Shown in pieces: positions 26,276 through 35,664 of a DNA stretch of 64,000 bases. The DNA lies in contig JBEKPJ010000043.1 in NCBI GenBank assembly GCA_049520935.1, positions 1,940-65,939 on the forward strand. The letters are read 5' to 3'. How positions within the stretch are numbered: the stretch's first letter is position 1; every line of letters starts with the position of its first letter. Both the position numbers and the translations under genes were made by a program. Source of the DNA: Terriglobales bacterium. Its GTDB lineage: Bacteria; Acidobacteriota; Terriglobia; Terriglobales; Acidobacteriaceae. The notes below the pieces were generated by a model that ran no database searches, had not been told where the DNA came from, and saw nothing but the letters and a program-made list of their open reading frames with translations.

Positions 26276-27757
26276 ATGCCGAGTGGAATCGAGACAGAAG
26301 TGAAGACCTACCAGATGCTCATCGATGGCGAATGGGTCGCAAGCAAGTCGGCGAAAACCTTTTCCGTCTACGATCCGTCGACCGAAGAAGTGATCGCACA
26401 AGTGCCGGACGCGAACAAGGATGACGTGGACCGCGCGGTGGCGGCTGCCAAGGCCGCGTTTGAACAAGGCCCTTGGGCGACGTCCACGGCGCAGGAGCGG
26501 GGGCGCGTTCTGTTTCGTCTGGCGGAAAAGGTGCGGCAGAATCTCGCCATGCTTGCCGAACTCGAATGCCGCAACTCGGGCAAACCGATCATCGAAGCGG
26601 AGTTCGACATCACCGACGTGGCAACCTGCTTCGAGTACTACGGGGGGCTGGCTACGAAGGTTGTCGGTTACGTTAACCCGGTTCCCGACAATGCAATGAG
26701 CCTGTCGCTGAAAGAACCGATGGGCGTGGCGGGGCAAATCATCCCCTGGAATTATCCGCTGATGATGGCGGCCTGGAAACTGGCGCCGGCGCTGGCCGCG
26801 GGATGCACCTGTGTGCTGAAGCCGGCAGAGCAGACGCCGCTTACCGCTCTGGCATTGGCGAAGTGGTTCGACGAAGTGGGCTTGCCGAAGGGCGTGGTGA
26901 ACGTAATCACCGGTTTTGGAGAAAGCTGCGGGTCTCCGCTCGTCAGGCATCCGGAGGTGAACAAGATCGCGTTTACCGGTTCGGCCGCCGTGGGTAAGAC
27001 CATCGTGAAAGAGGCGGCGGATACGGTCAAGCGCGTCACGCTTGAACTGGGCGGCAAATCGCCGAACATCTTTTTTGCCGACGCCGATTTCGAAGCCGCC
27101 ATTGACGGGGCGTTGTTTGGCGTGTTCATTAATCAGGGAGAAGTCTGCTCGGCGGGCAGCCGCATCCTGGTGCAGAAGTCGATTTATAACAAGTTTGTCG
27201 AGGCGATGGCGGATAAGGCCAAAAAGATCAAGCTCGGCCCGCCGCTCGAGCGCGAAACGAAGATGGGAGCCTTGGTCTCCAAAGAGCAATACGAGCGCGT
27301 CTGCTCGTATCTCGAAATCGGCAAGAAAGAAGCCAAGGTGGCGGCGGGCGGTGGCCGGCCGGAGCATTTTGCGAAGGGCTACTATGTGCAGCCGACGATC
27401 TTCTACAACGTGGATAACAATGCCCGCATTGCCCGGGAGGAAATCTTCGGGCCGGTGGCGACCGTGATTCCGTTCGACGACGAGAAGGACGCCCTGAAGA
27501 TCGCGAACGACTCGCCTTACGGGTTGGCCGCGGCCGTGTGGACGCGCGACATCTTCAAGGCCCTACGTGCGGTGAAAGCGCTTCGCGCGGGCATCGTCTG
27601 GGTCAACCACATGCAGCCAACTTATGTCGAGGCCCCCTGGGGCGGCTACAAGCAGTCGGGGTTTGGTCGCGAACTCGGGCCGTGGGGGATCGAAGAGTAT
27701 CTGGAGACCAAGCAGGTCTACATCAATTTGAGCGAAGCTCCGATCGGCTGGTACTGA
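26276..27757 (+). CDS. NAD(P)-dependent aldehyde dehydrogenase (aminobutyraldehyde / betaine-aldehyde dehydrogenase-like)
   Basis: AGGAGG 5 nt upstream of ATG 26276. It has LELGGKSPNIFF and the catalytic Cys context NQGEVCSAGSRILV, and is ALDH-like throughout. Confidence 0.9.
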   Translation: MPSGIETEVKTYQMLIDGEWVASKSAKTFSVYDPSTEEVIAQVPDANKDDVDRAVAAAKAAFEQGPWATSTAQERGRVLFRLAEKVRQNLAMLAELECRNSGKPIIEAEFDITDVATCFEYYGGLATKVVGYVNPVPDNAMSLSLKEPMGVAGQIIPWNYPLMMAAWKLAPALAAGCTCVLKPAEQTPLTALALAKWFDEVGLPKGVVNVITGFGESCGSPLVRHPEVNKIAFTGSAAVGKTIVKEAADTVKRVTLELGGKSPNIFFADADFEAAIDGALFGVFINQGEVCSAGSRILVQKSIYNKFVEAMADKAKKIKLGPPLERETKMGALVSKEQYERVCSYLEIGKKEAKVAAGGGRPEHFAKGYYVQPTIFYNVDNNARIAREEIFGPVATVIPFDDEKDALKIANDSPYGLAAAVWTRDIFKALRAVKALRAGIVWVNHMQPTYVEAPWGGYKQSGFGRELGPWGIEEYLETKQVYINLSEAPIGWY

Positions 27758-27845
27758 GAAGTCGTGGCGGTTGCCAGGCCGTCCGCTGCCCGTACGAGCC
27801 GACCAAGCCCGCTGCCACGATGAATGGCGGATAGAGAACTGACCT

Positions 27846-29210
27846 ATGTCTACGATTCAGTTGCGCACGTCTATTCCCGGGCCGCGTTCCCAAGCCTTGA
27901 TGAAGCGGCGGAATGTTGCGGTGGTGCAGGCCGCTTTCCATGCTACGCCTGTCTTTGTTGCCAGGGCAGAGGGCGCAGTCATCGAAGATGTTGACGGCAA
28001 TCGGTTGATCGATTTTGCCGGCGGCATCGGGTGTCTCAACACCGGACATCGAGCTCCCGGCGTGATCGACGCGGTGCGGCAGCAACTTGATCGCTTCCTG
28101 CACACCAGCTTCAACGTGCTGCCTTACGAGAGCTACGTCAGGGTCTGCGAGAAACTGAACGCGCTCGTGCCGGGGAAAGGACCGAAGAAGACAGTGCTCG
28201 TGAACACGGGCGCGGAGGCGGTGGAGAATGCGATCAAGATTGCGCGCTGCTACACAAAGAGGCAGGCCGTGATCTGCTTCGAGGACGCATTCCACGGGCG
28301 TACTTATATGGCAATGGCGGCGACGAGTAAGACCCATCCCTACAAAGCGGGATTCGAGCCCTTCCCGAGTGAAGTGTATCGGATTCCTTATGCCTACTGT
28401 TATCGGTGCTCCTATGCGCTGCAGTATCCGGCTTGCGAAGTACACTGCGCGCGGCACCTCGAGGACACTTTCAAACGGGTGGTGGCGGCGGAGTCGGTGG
28501 CGGCGGTTCTGGTCGAGCCGATTCTGGGCGAGGGTGGATTTGTCACTCCCCCGGCGGAATTCTATCCGACACTCGCTGCCATTTGCCGCAAGTACGGGAT
28601 TCTGCTGATTGCAGACGAAGTGCAGACCGGGTTTGCGCGGACGGGCGCAATGTTTGCCAGCGAGCGGCTGGGCCTGGAGCCGGACATGGTTACGATGGCC
28701 AAGTCGCTGACCGGCGGCTTGCCGATGGCTGCGGTCACGGGGCGCGCCGACATCATGGATGCTCCCGGCAGTGGCCAGTTGGGCGGAACCTTCGCGGGCA
28801 ATCCGGTGGCATGCGAAGCCGCCCTGGCGGTGCTTGAAATCATTGAAAAGGAAAATCTCTGTGCCCGGGCCAATGTTCTCGGCGAGCGCTTCCGTAAGCG
28901 CGCGAGCCAGTGGCAGGCACGGTGGGAATCGGTTGGCGAGGTCCGCGGACTGGGTGCGATGCAGGCAGTGGAACTGGTGCGCTCGAAAAAGACACGGGAA
29001 CCGGCAGACGAAGAGACCAAACAAGTATCACAGTACTGTTACCAGCATGGGCTGGTGACGATCACGGCCGGGTCGTATGGCAATGTGATTCGTTTGCTGA
29101 TGCCGCTGGTGATTAGCGATGCGCAGATGGAAGAAGCGTTGGATGTGCTCGAAGCGGCGCTCGCGCACGTATCCGAAAACAGAACAGTGCTCGCGGCGCA
29201 GCTTACCTGA
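27846..29210 (+). CDS. gabT: 4-aminobutyrate aminotransferase (class-III PLP)
   Basis: IPGPRSQALMKRR..., GIGCLNTGHRAP, NTGAEAVENAIKIAR, ADEVQTGFARTG, and PLP-Lys context TMAKSLTGG. Confidence 0.85.
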   Translation: MSTIQLRTSIPGPRSQALMKRRNVAVVQAAFHATPVFVARAEGAVIEDVDGNRLIDFAGGIGCLNTGHRAPGVIDAVRQQLDRFLHTSFNVLPYESYVRVCEKLNALVPGKGPKKTVLVNTGAEAVENAIKIARCYTKRQAVICFEDAFHGRTYMAMAATSKTHPYKAGFEPFPSEVYRIPYAYCYRCSYALQYPACEVHCARHLEDTFKRVVAAESVAAVLVEPILGEGGFVTPPAEFYPTLAAICRKYGILLIADEVQTGFARTGAMFASERLGLEPDMVTMAKSLTGGLPMAAVTGRADIMDAPGSGQLGGTFAGNPVACEAALAVLEIIEKENLCARANVLGERFRKRASQWQARWESVGEVRGLGAMQAVELVRSKKTREPADEETKQVSQYCYQHGLVTITAGSYGNVIRLLMPLVISDAQMEEALDVLEAALAHVSENRTVLAAQLT

Positions 29211-29273
29211 CGTCGGGCAGCCGATTCGCCGGTCCGACCGCGCAGCTTACGATTTTGTCCGCTAGGAAAAATT

Positions 29274-30611
29274 ATGACTACTTCAACGGCTGTTCCTGCG
29301 ATGACGGGAAAAGAGATTGTCGACCTCACCAAGAAGCACACGCTGTTTGAATGGTCGGCACAATCGAAGGTTGATCCCATTCCCGTCGCTCGCGCGAAGG
29401 GAATTTATTTCTGGACGCCGGAAGGGAAGCGGTTTATCGACTTCAACAGCCAGTTGATGTCGGTGAACATTGGGCACGGCGACGAACGCGTGATTCGGGC
29501 AATCACCGAGCAGGCTTCGGTGCTGGCCTATGCCAATCCGTTTATGGCTACGGAGCCTCGCGCTCGGCTGGGCGCGAAGCTGGCGGAGATTGCGCCGGGC
29601 GATATTGACACGTTCTTTTTTACCAACGGTGGGGCGGAAGCAAACGAGAACGCTATTAAGCTTGCTCGCTTCTTTACCGGACGGCACAAGATCATGGCTC
29701 GCTATCGTTCCTATCACGGGGCGACGGCGGGCGCGATGAGTCTCACGGGCGATCCACGGCGATGGGCCGCCGAGCCTGGGATTCCGGGCGTGGTGCGGGT
29801 GCTTGATCCTTACCACGGGGTGGAACGGGGATGGGAGTCGGCGGAAAGTTCGCTGACCATGATCGAGGAAATCATCCAGCTGGAAGGCCCGCAGACCATT
29901 GCCGCATTCATTCTGGAGACGGTGGTGGGGACGAACGGAATTCTGGTTCCTCCAGATGGATATATGGCAGGGGTGCGGAAGCTGTGCGATACGTACGGAA
30001 TTCTGATGATCGCCGATGAGGTCATGGCTGGCTTTGGGCGGACTGGCGAGTGGTTTGCTGTCGATCACTGGAAGGTCGTTCCTGACTTGCTTTGCATGGC
30101 CAAGGGGCTGACTTCCAGTTATATTCCTCTCGGCGCGGTTGGCATGCGCCGACATATTGCGAAGCATTTCGACGATAACGTGTTCTACGGAGGACTTACC
30201 TATAACAGTCATCCCATGGGATGCGCGACCGCGCTGGCCACCATTCGCGTTTACGAAGAAGATAATCTGATCGAGAACGCTCGCAAGATGGGCGCGATCA
30301 TGAAGACGCTGGGCGCAGAGTTGCAGGCGAAACATCCGTCCGTCGGAGCGGTGCGGTCGATTGGGCTCTTTGGCATTGTGGAGCTGATTCGGGACCGTAA
30401 GACTCGACAGCCGATGGCGCCTTTCAACGGTACTTCGCCGGAAATGGTGGCGCTCGGCAAGTTCTTCCGCGACCACGGGCTTTATACTCTGGTCCGCTGG
30501 AACAGCTTCTATACCAATCCTCCGCTTTGCATCGATGAAAACCAATTGCGGGAGGCGTTTGCGATTATTGATCAGGGGCTGGAGATCACCGACGGGGCGG
30601 TTCAGTCGTAG
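29274..30611 (+). CDS. Class-III PLP aminotransferase, omega-amino acid/diamine:pyruvate aminotransferase-like
   Basis: NSQLMSVNIGHGDERV, TNGGAEANENAIKLAR, ADEVMAGFGRTGEWF, and PLP-Lys context CMAKGLTSS. Confidence 0.85.
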   Translation: MTTSTAVPAMTGKEIVDLTKKHTLFEWSAQSKVDPIPVARAKGIYFWTPEGKRFIDFNSQLMSVNIGHGDERVIRAITEQASVLAYANPFMATEPRARLGAKLAEIAPGDIDTFFFTNGGAEANENAIKLARFFTGRHKIMARYRSYHGATAGAMSLTGDPRRWAAEPGIPGVVRVLDPYHGVERGWESAESSLTMIEEIIQLEGPQTIAAFILETVVGTNGILVPPDGYMAGVRKLCDTYGILMIADEVMAGFGRTGEWFAVDHWKVVPDLLCMAKGLTSSYIPLGAVGMRRHIAKHFDDNVFYGGLTYNSHPMGCATALATIRVYEEDNLIENARKMGAIMKTLGAELQAKHPSVGAVRSIGLFGIVELIRDRKTRQPMAPFNGTSPEMVALGKFFRDHGLYTLVRWNSFYTNPPLCIDENQLREAFAIIDQGLEITDGAVQS

Positions 30612-30798
30612 CTCCGAGGCTCCAGTCGCCCTTGCCTGGCCTGCGAATTCCGGATTTGTATTTGCTTGCTTGCCCCGGATAGCGCTTGGCCCGAAGCTCG
30701 GCAAACATGCCGCAATTTTTGACCTGCCGCAGCCCGATGACGGAGCTCGTCCTACCGCGCCCTGGGCAGTTGCCGGTCGGCGAGCTTCCGGAAGAAGG

Positions 30799-30969
30799 TT
30801 AGCGCCAGCTGCGCAGCTGGGTATCGTAGTTGGAAGTCGCGGGTGCGGGATGTGCTTTGGCTGCGTGATCGTTGATCGCGGTGGCAGCCTGCGTGCGCAA
30901 GTTTCCGGATCTGGCGTCGAACTCGAGCGTGGTGACGGTGAAGGTGCAATGCGTGCAGAGGAACTTCAT
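30799..30969 (-). CDS. Small hypothetical protein (56 aa), possibly DUF1059-like
   Basis: MKFLCTHCTFTVTTLEFDARSGNLRTQAATAINDHAAKAHP... Third-position GC is high (~78% by hand) and C-biased, as in neighbouring genes, but drops upstream of ATG 30969. The SD is weak. The family resemblance is from memory only. Confidence 0.4.
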   Translation of the reverse strand: MKFLCTHCTFTVTTLEFDARSGNLRTQAATAINDHAAKAHPAPATSNYDTQLRSWR

Positions 30970-31262
30970 GCCGCCTTTAACGCGCTCGATTCGGTAGGCT
31001 TTCACTGCTTGGATTGTATCGCTCCGAAGCGGGCTTGGTTTGCGGTTTGGGGAACGAAGGTAACGACTCCACAAAACCAAAGTTGTCTTATCCTCCGTCG
31101 GGCGGCTGTCGGTCCGGGCAAGCGAACGCCTCGCGGCGCGAGCCTGGACGGGCTCGAAAGGCGGCCATTAACAAGTGGGGCATTGGCGGGCGTGGTGGGT
31201 GGGCAAGGGGCCTTTGACGGCCGATGATTGATTTGGCTTGTGCCTGCCCCAGGCGGGGACCT

Positions 31263-32417
31263 TCATTTTGCCAGGCGGTTGTATTTCTTTAGAACTTCTT
31301 GCAAACGCTCATGGGGGAGGGCTATGGCGGTGTGGTCGTCAACTCCGGTCATGGTTTCGGCGGCGACCATGGCGTTGACGATGGCTTCTTCGGTCGACTG
31401 GACGGCGGCCAGGAACAGCGGATCGAGGCCGTCGTTGGGAAGCATTTGTAGTTCGCGGAGGCCCTTGTCGGAGGCGGCTGCGGCATTGGCGGTCGAGAAA
31501 GCAATGAAGATGTCTCCGGAACCGTCGCCGGAGTAGCTGCCGTCTCGACCTAGACCTAGACTCGCGCGACGCGCCAGGCGTTTCAGCTGGGTGGGAATCA
31601 GCGGTGCGTCGGTGGCTATGACTATGATGATCGAGCCTACGTCCTCCCCGTAGGCAGGATGTTCCGGGATTTCTTTGCCTACCGGGACGCCGGCGATGCG
31701 GAGTTGGTCACGGCGTCCGTAGTTACACTGGACTAACACGCCGATGGTGTAACTGCCGGCTTTCGAGTCCAACCGGCGCGAAGAAGTGCCGATTCCTCCC
31801 TTGAACTCATTGCAGATCATGCCCGTACCGCCGCCCACGTTGCCTTCTTCGACCGGGCCGCCGTGAGCGGAATCCAGGGCGTGGAAGACGTGGTCCGGTT
31901 TTACGTGGAATCCGTTGATGTCGTTGAGAAAGCCGTCATAGGTTTCGGCTACCACGGGCAGGGACCACCAGTAGCCTTCGCCGTCGGGTTCGCCCCGCTT
32001 TACTTTCCAGGCGATAACGGCGTCGCGGACCACGCCGACGCTGTGGGTATTGGTGATCATTACCGGGCCGTCGAGGAAGCCGGAATCCTCCAGCCAGGTG
32101 GTGCCGGTCATTTCTCCGTTGCCATTCAGGGTGAACCAGGCTCCGAAGACGGCGTCTTTGGCGAATTTACCGCGCGGGAGGATCGCGGTGACACCGGTGC
32201 GGATGGGGCCCTGGCCTACATTAAGCTTGCCGTTGCCGGAGATTAGGGTCGTGTGTCCGACTTCTACACCTTTGACGTCGGTGATGGCGTTGTTGGGGCC
32301 CGGGGTGCCGTCGAAGGGGACGCCGAGATCTCGGGCTCGGGTCTTGGTTTGGGCGGGAGCGAGAACCGTGGCGCACAAAACTGCCGTCAGGAACGCGAGC
32401 GGGCGAAAGCGCATCAT
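31263..32417 (-). CDS. Secreted peptidase S58 (DmpA / beta-peptidyl aminopeptidase family, Ntn-hydrolase)
   Basis: Signal MMRFRPLAFLTAVLCATVLAPAQ. NAITDVKGVEVGHTTL, IRTGVTAILP, and GGGTGMICNEFKGGIGTSS (region of the autoprocessing site). Confidence 0.8.
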   Translation of the reverse strand: MMRFRPLAFLTAVLCATVLAPAQTKTRARDLGVPFDGTPGPNNAITDVKGVEVGHTTLISGNGKLNVGQGPIRTGVTAILPRGKFAKDAVFGAWFTLNGNGEMTGTTWLEDSGFLDGPVMITNTHSVGVVRDAVIAWKVKRGEPDGEGYWWSLPVVAETYDGFLNDINGFHVKPDHVFHALDSAHGGPVEEGNVGGGTGMICNEFKGGIGTSSRRLDSKAGSYTIGVLVQCNYGRRDQLRIAGVPVGKEIPEHPAYGEDVGSIIIVIATDAPLIPTQLKRLARRASLGLGRDGSYSGDGSGDIFIAFSTANAAAASDKGLRELQMLPNDGLDPLFLAAVQSTEEAIVNAMVAAETMTGVDDHTAIALPHERLQEVLKKYNRLAK

Positions 32418-32611
32418 AGTGTGGCTCGATGGGTGTGGCGCGACTGTCGGCGGCAGTATAAAGCATGGGAGCGGTAGTTTAGAATCCTGCTAGTGTCGCG
32501 GGCAGAAGATTCGCGACGCCCGGGCGCGTCGTCTGGCTGGTACTTGGGCCTTCGTTTCGCTCAGGATGACGAAGTCGAAGTGGCAGCGATAAAGCGATCG
32601 CAGGAGATGAC

Positions 32612-32893
32612 ATGGAGAACTGGAAGCGGGCGGTCATTGCGGGTTCGGTGGGGGCGGCGGCGATGCTGGCTTTGAAAGGGAGGCGACCGGCGGCGGTGCT
32701 GGTGGGAAGCGTGGGATTGGCGGTGCTTGCTTCGGAGTATCCGGAGCGGTTTGTTCGGATTCGCGAAGAGCTGCCCTCGTATGTGCGAACCGGAACCCGC
32801 TTTCTGGATCTGGCGATGAAAATTGGCAGCAAAATCGAACAGTTGACGGAACAGCGTGCGGCGCGCGCGTTTGAGGAGTTGGGGGAATATTGA
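32612..32893 (+). CDS. Small hypothetical protein (93 aa) with N-terminal hydrophobic segments
   Basis: AGGAG 5 nt upstream of ATG 32612. Product MENWKRAVIAGSVGAAAMLALKGRRPAAVLVGSVGLAVLA..., and I recognise no family. Confidence 0.55.
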   Translation: MENWKRAVIAGSVGAAAMLALKGRRPAAVLVGSVGLAVLASEYPERFVRIREELPSYVRTGTRFLDLAMKIGSKIEQLTEQRAARAFEELGEY

Positions 32894-32991
32894 ATACTGG
32901 CTTTGGGTTGCGGGACACCGGTGCCGCAGGGGCGGTTTAGGCTGATTCGCTCGGGCAAGCCGGCGCACTCACGACGCAGCGGGACAAAGGG

Positions 32992-33309
32992 TCAGTCGAT
33001 CCCCAGTTGTTTGCGGGCCTCCGCGCTTAGGCGTTCGGGGGTCCAAGCGGGGTCCCAAACTACGTTGACTTTGGCGTTGCGGACTCCCGGCAGTTGCTCG
33101 ACTCGGGATTTGACCTGGGCGCTGATATTGACGTGCTCGGGACAGCCTTGGGCCGTCAGGGTCATATCGACGGTGACATCTTGCTGGCCTTCGGGGACAT
33201 TGTCGAAGCTGATGTTGTAGATCAGGCCGAGGTCAACGATGTTGACCGGGATTTCGGGGTCGTAGCACTGGCGCAGTGCGTTCAGAACGTCATCTTGGGC
33301 GATGGGCAT
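32992..33309 (-). CDS. DUF59/MIP18-family Fe-S assembly protein (SufT/PaaD-like)
   Basis: DVLNALRQCYDPEIPVNIVDLGLIY...MTLTAQGCPEH...VVWDPAWTPERLS is the DUF59 signature pattern. Confidence 0.8.
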   Translation of the reverse strand: MPIAQDDVLNALRQCYDPEIPVNIVDLGLIYNISFDNVPEGQQDVTVDMTLTAQGCPEHVNISAQVKSRVEQLPGVRNAKVNVVWDPAWTPERLSAEARKQLGID

Positions 33310-33440
33310 GGATTTCCTTTGCGGCCGGATTGCCTAGTCTACCTGATGGCACAGGCCAAGCAAGGCCATTTTTCCGAGGAGACGGCCGGTCCCAGGGTGC
33401 CGATTGAGCTGGTTGGTGTTAAAACTTGATTGTTTAGATC

Positions 33441-34163
33441 ATGGCGATCGATCCGGAGCTTCAGAAAAAACTGCAGATCTTCATGGTGGCCGCGATTGTG
33501 ATTGCCGGCGGACGCGCGGCTTATGTCGTTTACGAGCGGCACCAGGCATTAAAGGAGCCGGCCAGGCCGCGGCAGGAAACGGCGCTAAAAGCAGACGACT
33601 ACGTCACGCCCAAGAAGTTGCGTCCCTATGATTTGAAATCGGCGCGCGCTCTGACGGCGCAGCCGGTGTGGGTGAAGGTCGGCTATCAGCTCACCTATTA
33701 TCCGTACGATCGGGAGCGGCGCCGGACGGATTTTTCGCATGAGGCGGGGAGGCTGCCGCCTTTGCAGAAGCTGGCAATCCAGGATGTGGTGACCGATGTT
33801 TCTCCTCAGGCTCCGGGAATCAAGCAGGTGATGGCGGTTTTTTCGCTGGGGGGCAAGGGGTACGCCGTTCCGATTGGTGCGGAGAGCAATGGTGAGTTCA
33901 GGATTTATTCCGATGATGCGTTCTTTTTGGAAGATCCGCACCTGTTGTACCAGCACTGGCCGGCGGAGGTCTGGGAGAAAGTTGATGCCCACCAGGTGCA
34001 GGCTGGAATGAGCGAATTGCAGTGCAGCTTTGCGATTGGGCTGGGTGTTCCGCAGGGTTCGGGGGATTATGGCGCGAGGACCTTGCAGTATGCCAATGGC
34101 GGGAAACCGCTGGTGATCCGCTTTGCCAACGACAAGGCGGTGGAGATTGCGGCCGGATCGTAG
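33441..34163 (+). CDS. Membrane-anchored hypothetical protein
   Basis: A single N-terminal TM (LQIFMVAAIVIAGGRAAYVVY) followed by a ~200-aa soluble domain. It ends 15 nt before the M64 peptidase gene. Confidence 0.6.
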   Translation: MAIDPELQKKLQIFMVAAIVIAGGRAAYVVYERHQALKEPARPRQETALKADDYVTPKKLRPYDLKSARALTAQPVWVKVGYQLTYYPYDRERRRTDFSHEAGRLPPLQKLAIQDVVTDVSPQAPGIKQVMAVFSLGGKGYAVPIGAESNGEFRIYSDDAFFLEDPHLLYQHWPAEVWEKVDAHQVQAGMSELQCSFAIGLGVPQGSGDYGARTLQYANGGKPLVIRFANDKAVEIAAGS

Positions 34164-34178
34164 CGTACAATTCCCGGC

Positions 34179-35624
34179 ATGGAACGTGCGCCTGGCGGTA
34201 GGGCTGACTCCGTTTTTTCTCCTTTCCTGATTTTTTCCTGGCTGATTGTTTCGGTTGCAACTTTTTCTGCCTCTGGTTTTGCTGCGAGCCCGCCGCCCCG
34301 TACTCTGCGGGTCGATTACTACCACACGGGAAACTTCCATGAGCAATGGTTCAGTTTGGACCGGGTGGTGATGGAGCCCTTGCCGTGGCCGGGGAATCTG
34401 GATAAGGCCATCGATCAGAGCCAGCTGGGGGATTATTTGTTTGAAGTGCGCGAGCGAGGCAGTGGAAAAGTCACGTATTCGCGCGGCTTCAATTCTGTGT
34501 TCGGAGAGTGGAAGACGACCGAAGAGGCGCGGGGCGGGAGCCGGACGTTTTCCGAATCGCTGCGCTTTCCTGCGCCTGACGGGGTAGTCGAAGTCTCGTT
34601 GAAAGAGCGCGTGGGTCATGGCTTCCAGGAAGTCTGGCGGACGGTGGTTGATCCCAAAGACAAGTTTGTGGACCGGTCGGTTCCACCTTCACCGGGGGCG
34701 CTGATGGAATTGCAGAAGATGGGCGATCCGGCAACCCGAGTCGACCTGCTGGTGCTAGGCGATGGGTACAGGGCTAGCGAACGTGGGAAGTTTGAGAAGG
34801 ATGCGCGGCGATTTATGCTGGCGCTGTTTTCCGCTTCGCCGTTTCTGGAACACAAGCAGGATTTCAATGTATGGGGGCTCTGTCCGCCGGCGCAGGAGTC
34901 GGGGGTGTCGCGGCCTTCGAGCGGCATTTATCGGCGGTCTCCGGTTGGGGCCTCCTATGACACGTTCGGCACCGAGCGCTATGTGCTGACGACCGAGAAT
35001 CGCGTGTTGCGCGATGTGGCTTCGTTTGCCCCCTATGAGTTTATCGAGATTTTGGTAAACGGACAGACCTATGGTGGCGGCGGAATCTTCAATCAGTACG
35101 CGACGGTGGCTATCGACAATCTTTGGGCGGGCTATGTCGGGGTGCATGAGTTCGGGCACCAGTTTGCCGGGCTGGCAGATGAATACTACACCTCGGATGT
35201 GGCTTATCTGCCGGCCGCGGATAAGGCGGAGCCTTGGGAGCCGAATGTGACGGCGTTGCTCGATCCGGCAAATTTGAAATGGAAGGATCTGGTTGCGGCA
35301 GCAACTCCGGTGCCTACGCCTTGGGATCAGGAGGAGTTTGATCGCTTTGAACGGGACATTCAGCGGCAGAGGAAGCAGATGCGGGAGGCGGGGAAGCCGG
35401 AGGCGGAAATGGACGAACTTTTCCGCGAAGAACGGGAGAAGGAAGATGCGATGCTCGTAGCGCAGAAGTACTTCGGGAAAGTGGGGGCGTTTGAAGGCGC
35501 CAATTACGCCGCGAAGGGATACTACCGTCCGGAGGTGGACTGCATTATGTTTACCCGCTACAAAGCGTTCTGTGCGGTTTGCCGGCAGGCAATTGAGCGG
35601 GTGATTGCCATGTATACGGCGTAG
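34179..35624 (+). CDS. Secreted zinc metallopeptidase, M64 (IgA-peptidase-like) family
   Basis: Signal-like FLIFSWLIVSVATFSASGFA. GGGGIFNQYATVAI followed by the HExxH site VHEFGHQFAGLADEYY. Confidence 0.8.
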   Translation: MERAPGGRADSVFSPFLIFSWLIVSVATFSASGFAASPPPRTLRVDYYHTGNFHEQWFSLDRVVMEPLPWPGNLDKAIDQSQLGDYLFEVRERGSGKVTYSRGFNSVFGEWKTTEEARGGSRTFSESLRFPAPDGVVEVSLKERVGHGFQEVWRTVVDPKDKFVDRSVPPSPGALMELQKMGDPATRVDLLVLGDGYRASERGKFEKDARRFMLALFSASPFLEHKQDFNVWGLCPPAQESGVSRPSSGIYRRSPVGASYDTFGTERYVLTTENRVLRDVASFAPYEFIEILVNGQTYGGGGIFNQYATVAIDNLWAGYVGVHEFGHQFAGLADEYYTSDVAYLPAADKAEPWEPNVTALLDPANLKWKDLVAAATPVPTPWDQEEFDRFERDIQRQRKQMREAGKPEAEMDELFREEREKEDAMLVAQKYFGKVGAFEGANYAAKGYYRPEVDCIMFTRYKAFCAVCRQAIERVIAMYTA

Positions 35625-35664
35625 CGCTGTGAACCGCGCAGGGCGCTCCGGGATCGGGTTGGGC

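Noticed and set aside
25904-30704. Very long antisense ORFs (25904..27367, 27723..29024 and 29283..30704 on the minus strand). Similar ones are 33585..34619, 16794..17816, 7704..8639, 43555..44979 and 44151..45152.
   Set aside because: Each is the mirror of a gene with unambiguous family motifs on the other strand. Their products are Arg/Pro/Gly/His-rich with no recognisable motifs. Stop-poor antisense frames are expected in GC-rich, GC3-biased genes.
30535-31227. 230-codon plus-strand ORF spanning the gap after the last aminotransferase
   Set aside because: It overlaps the 3' end of the aminotransferase, its product is Arg/Gly/Ala-rich with no motifs, and the better-supported small gene lies on the opposite strand (30799..30969).
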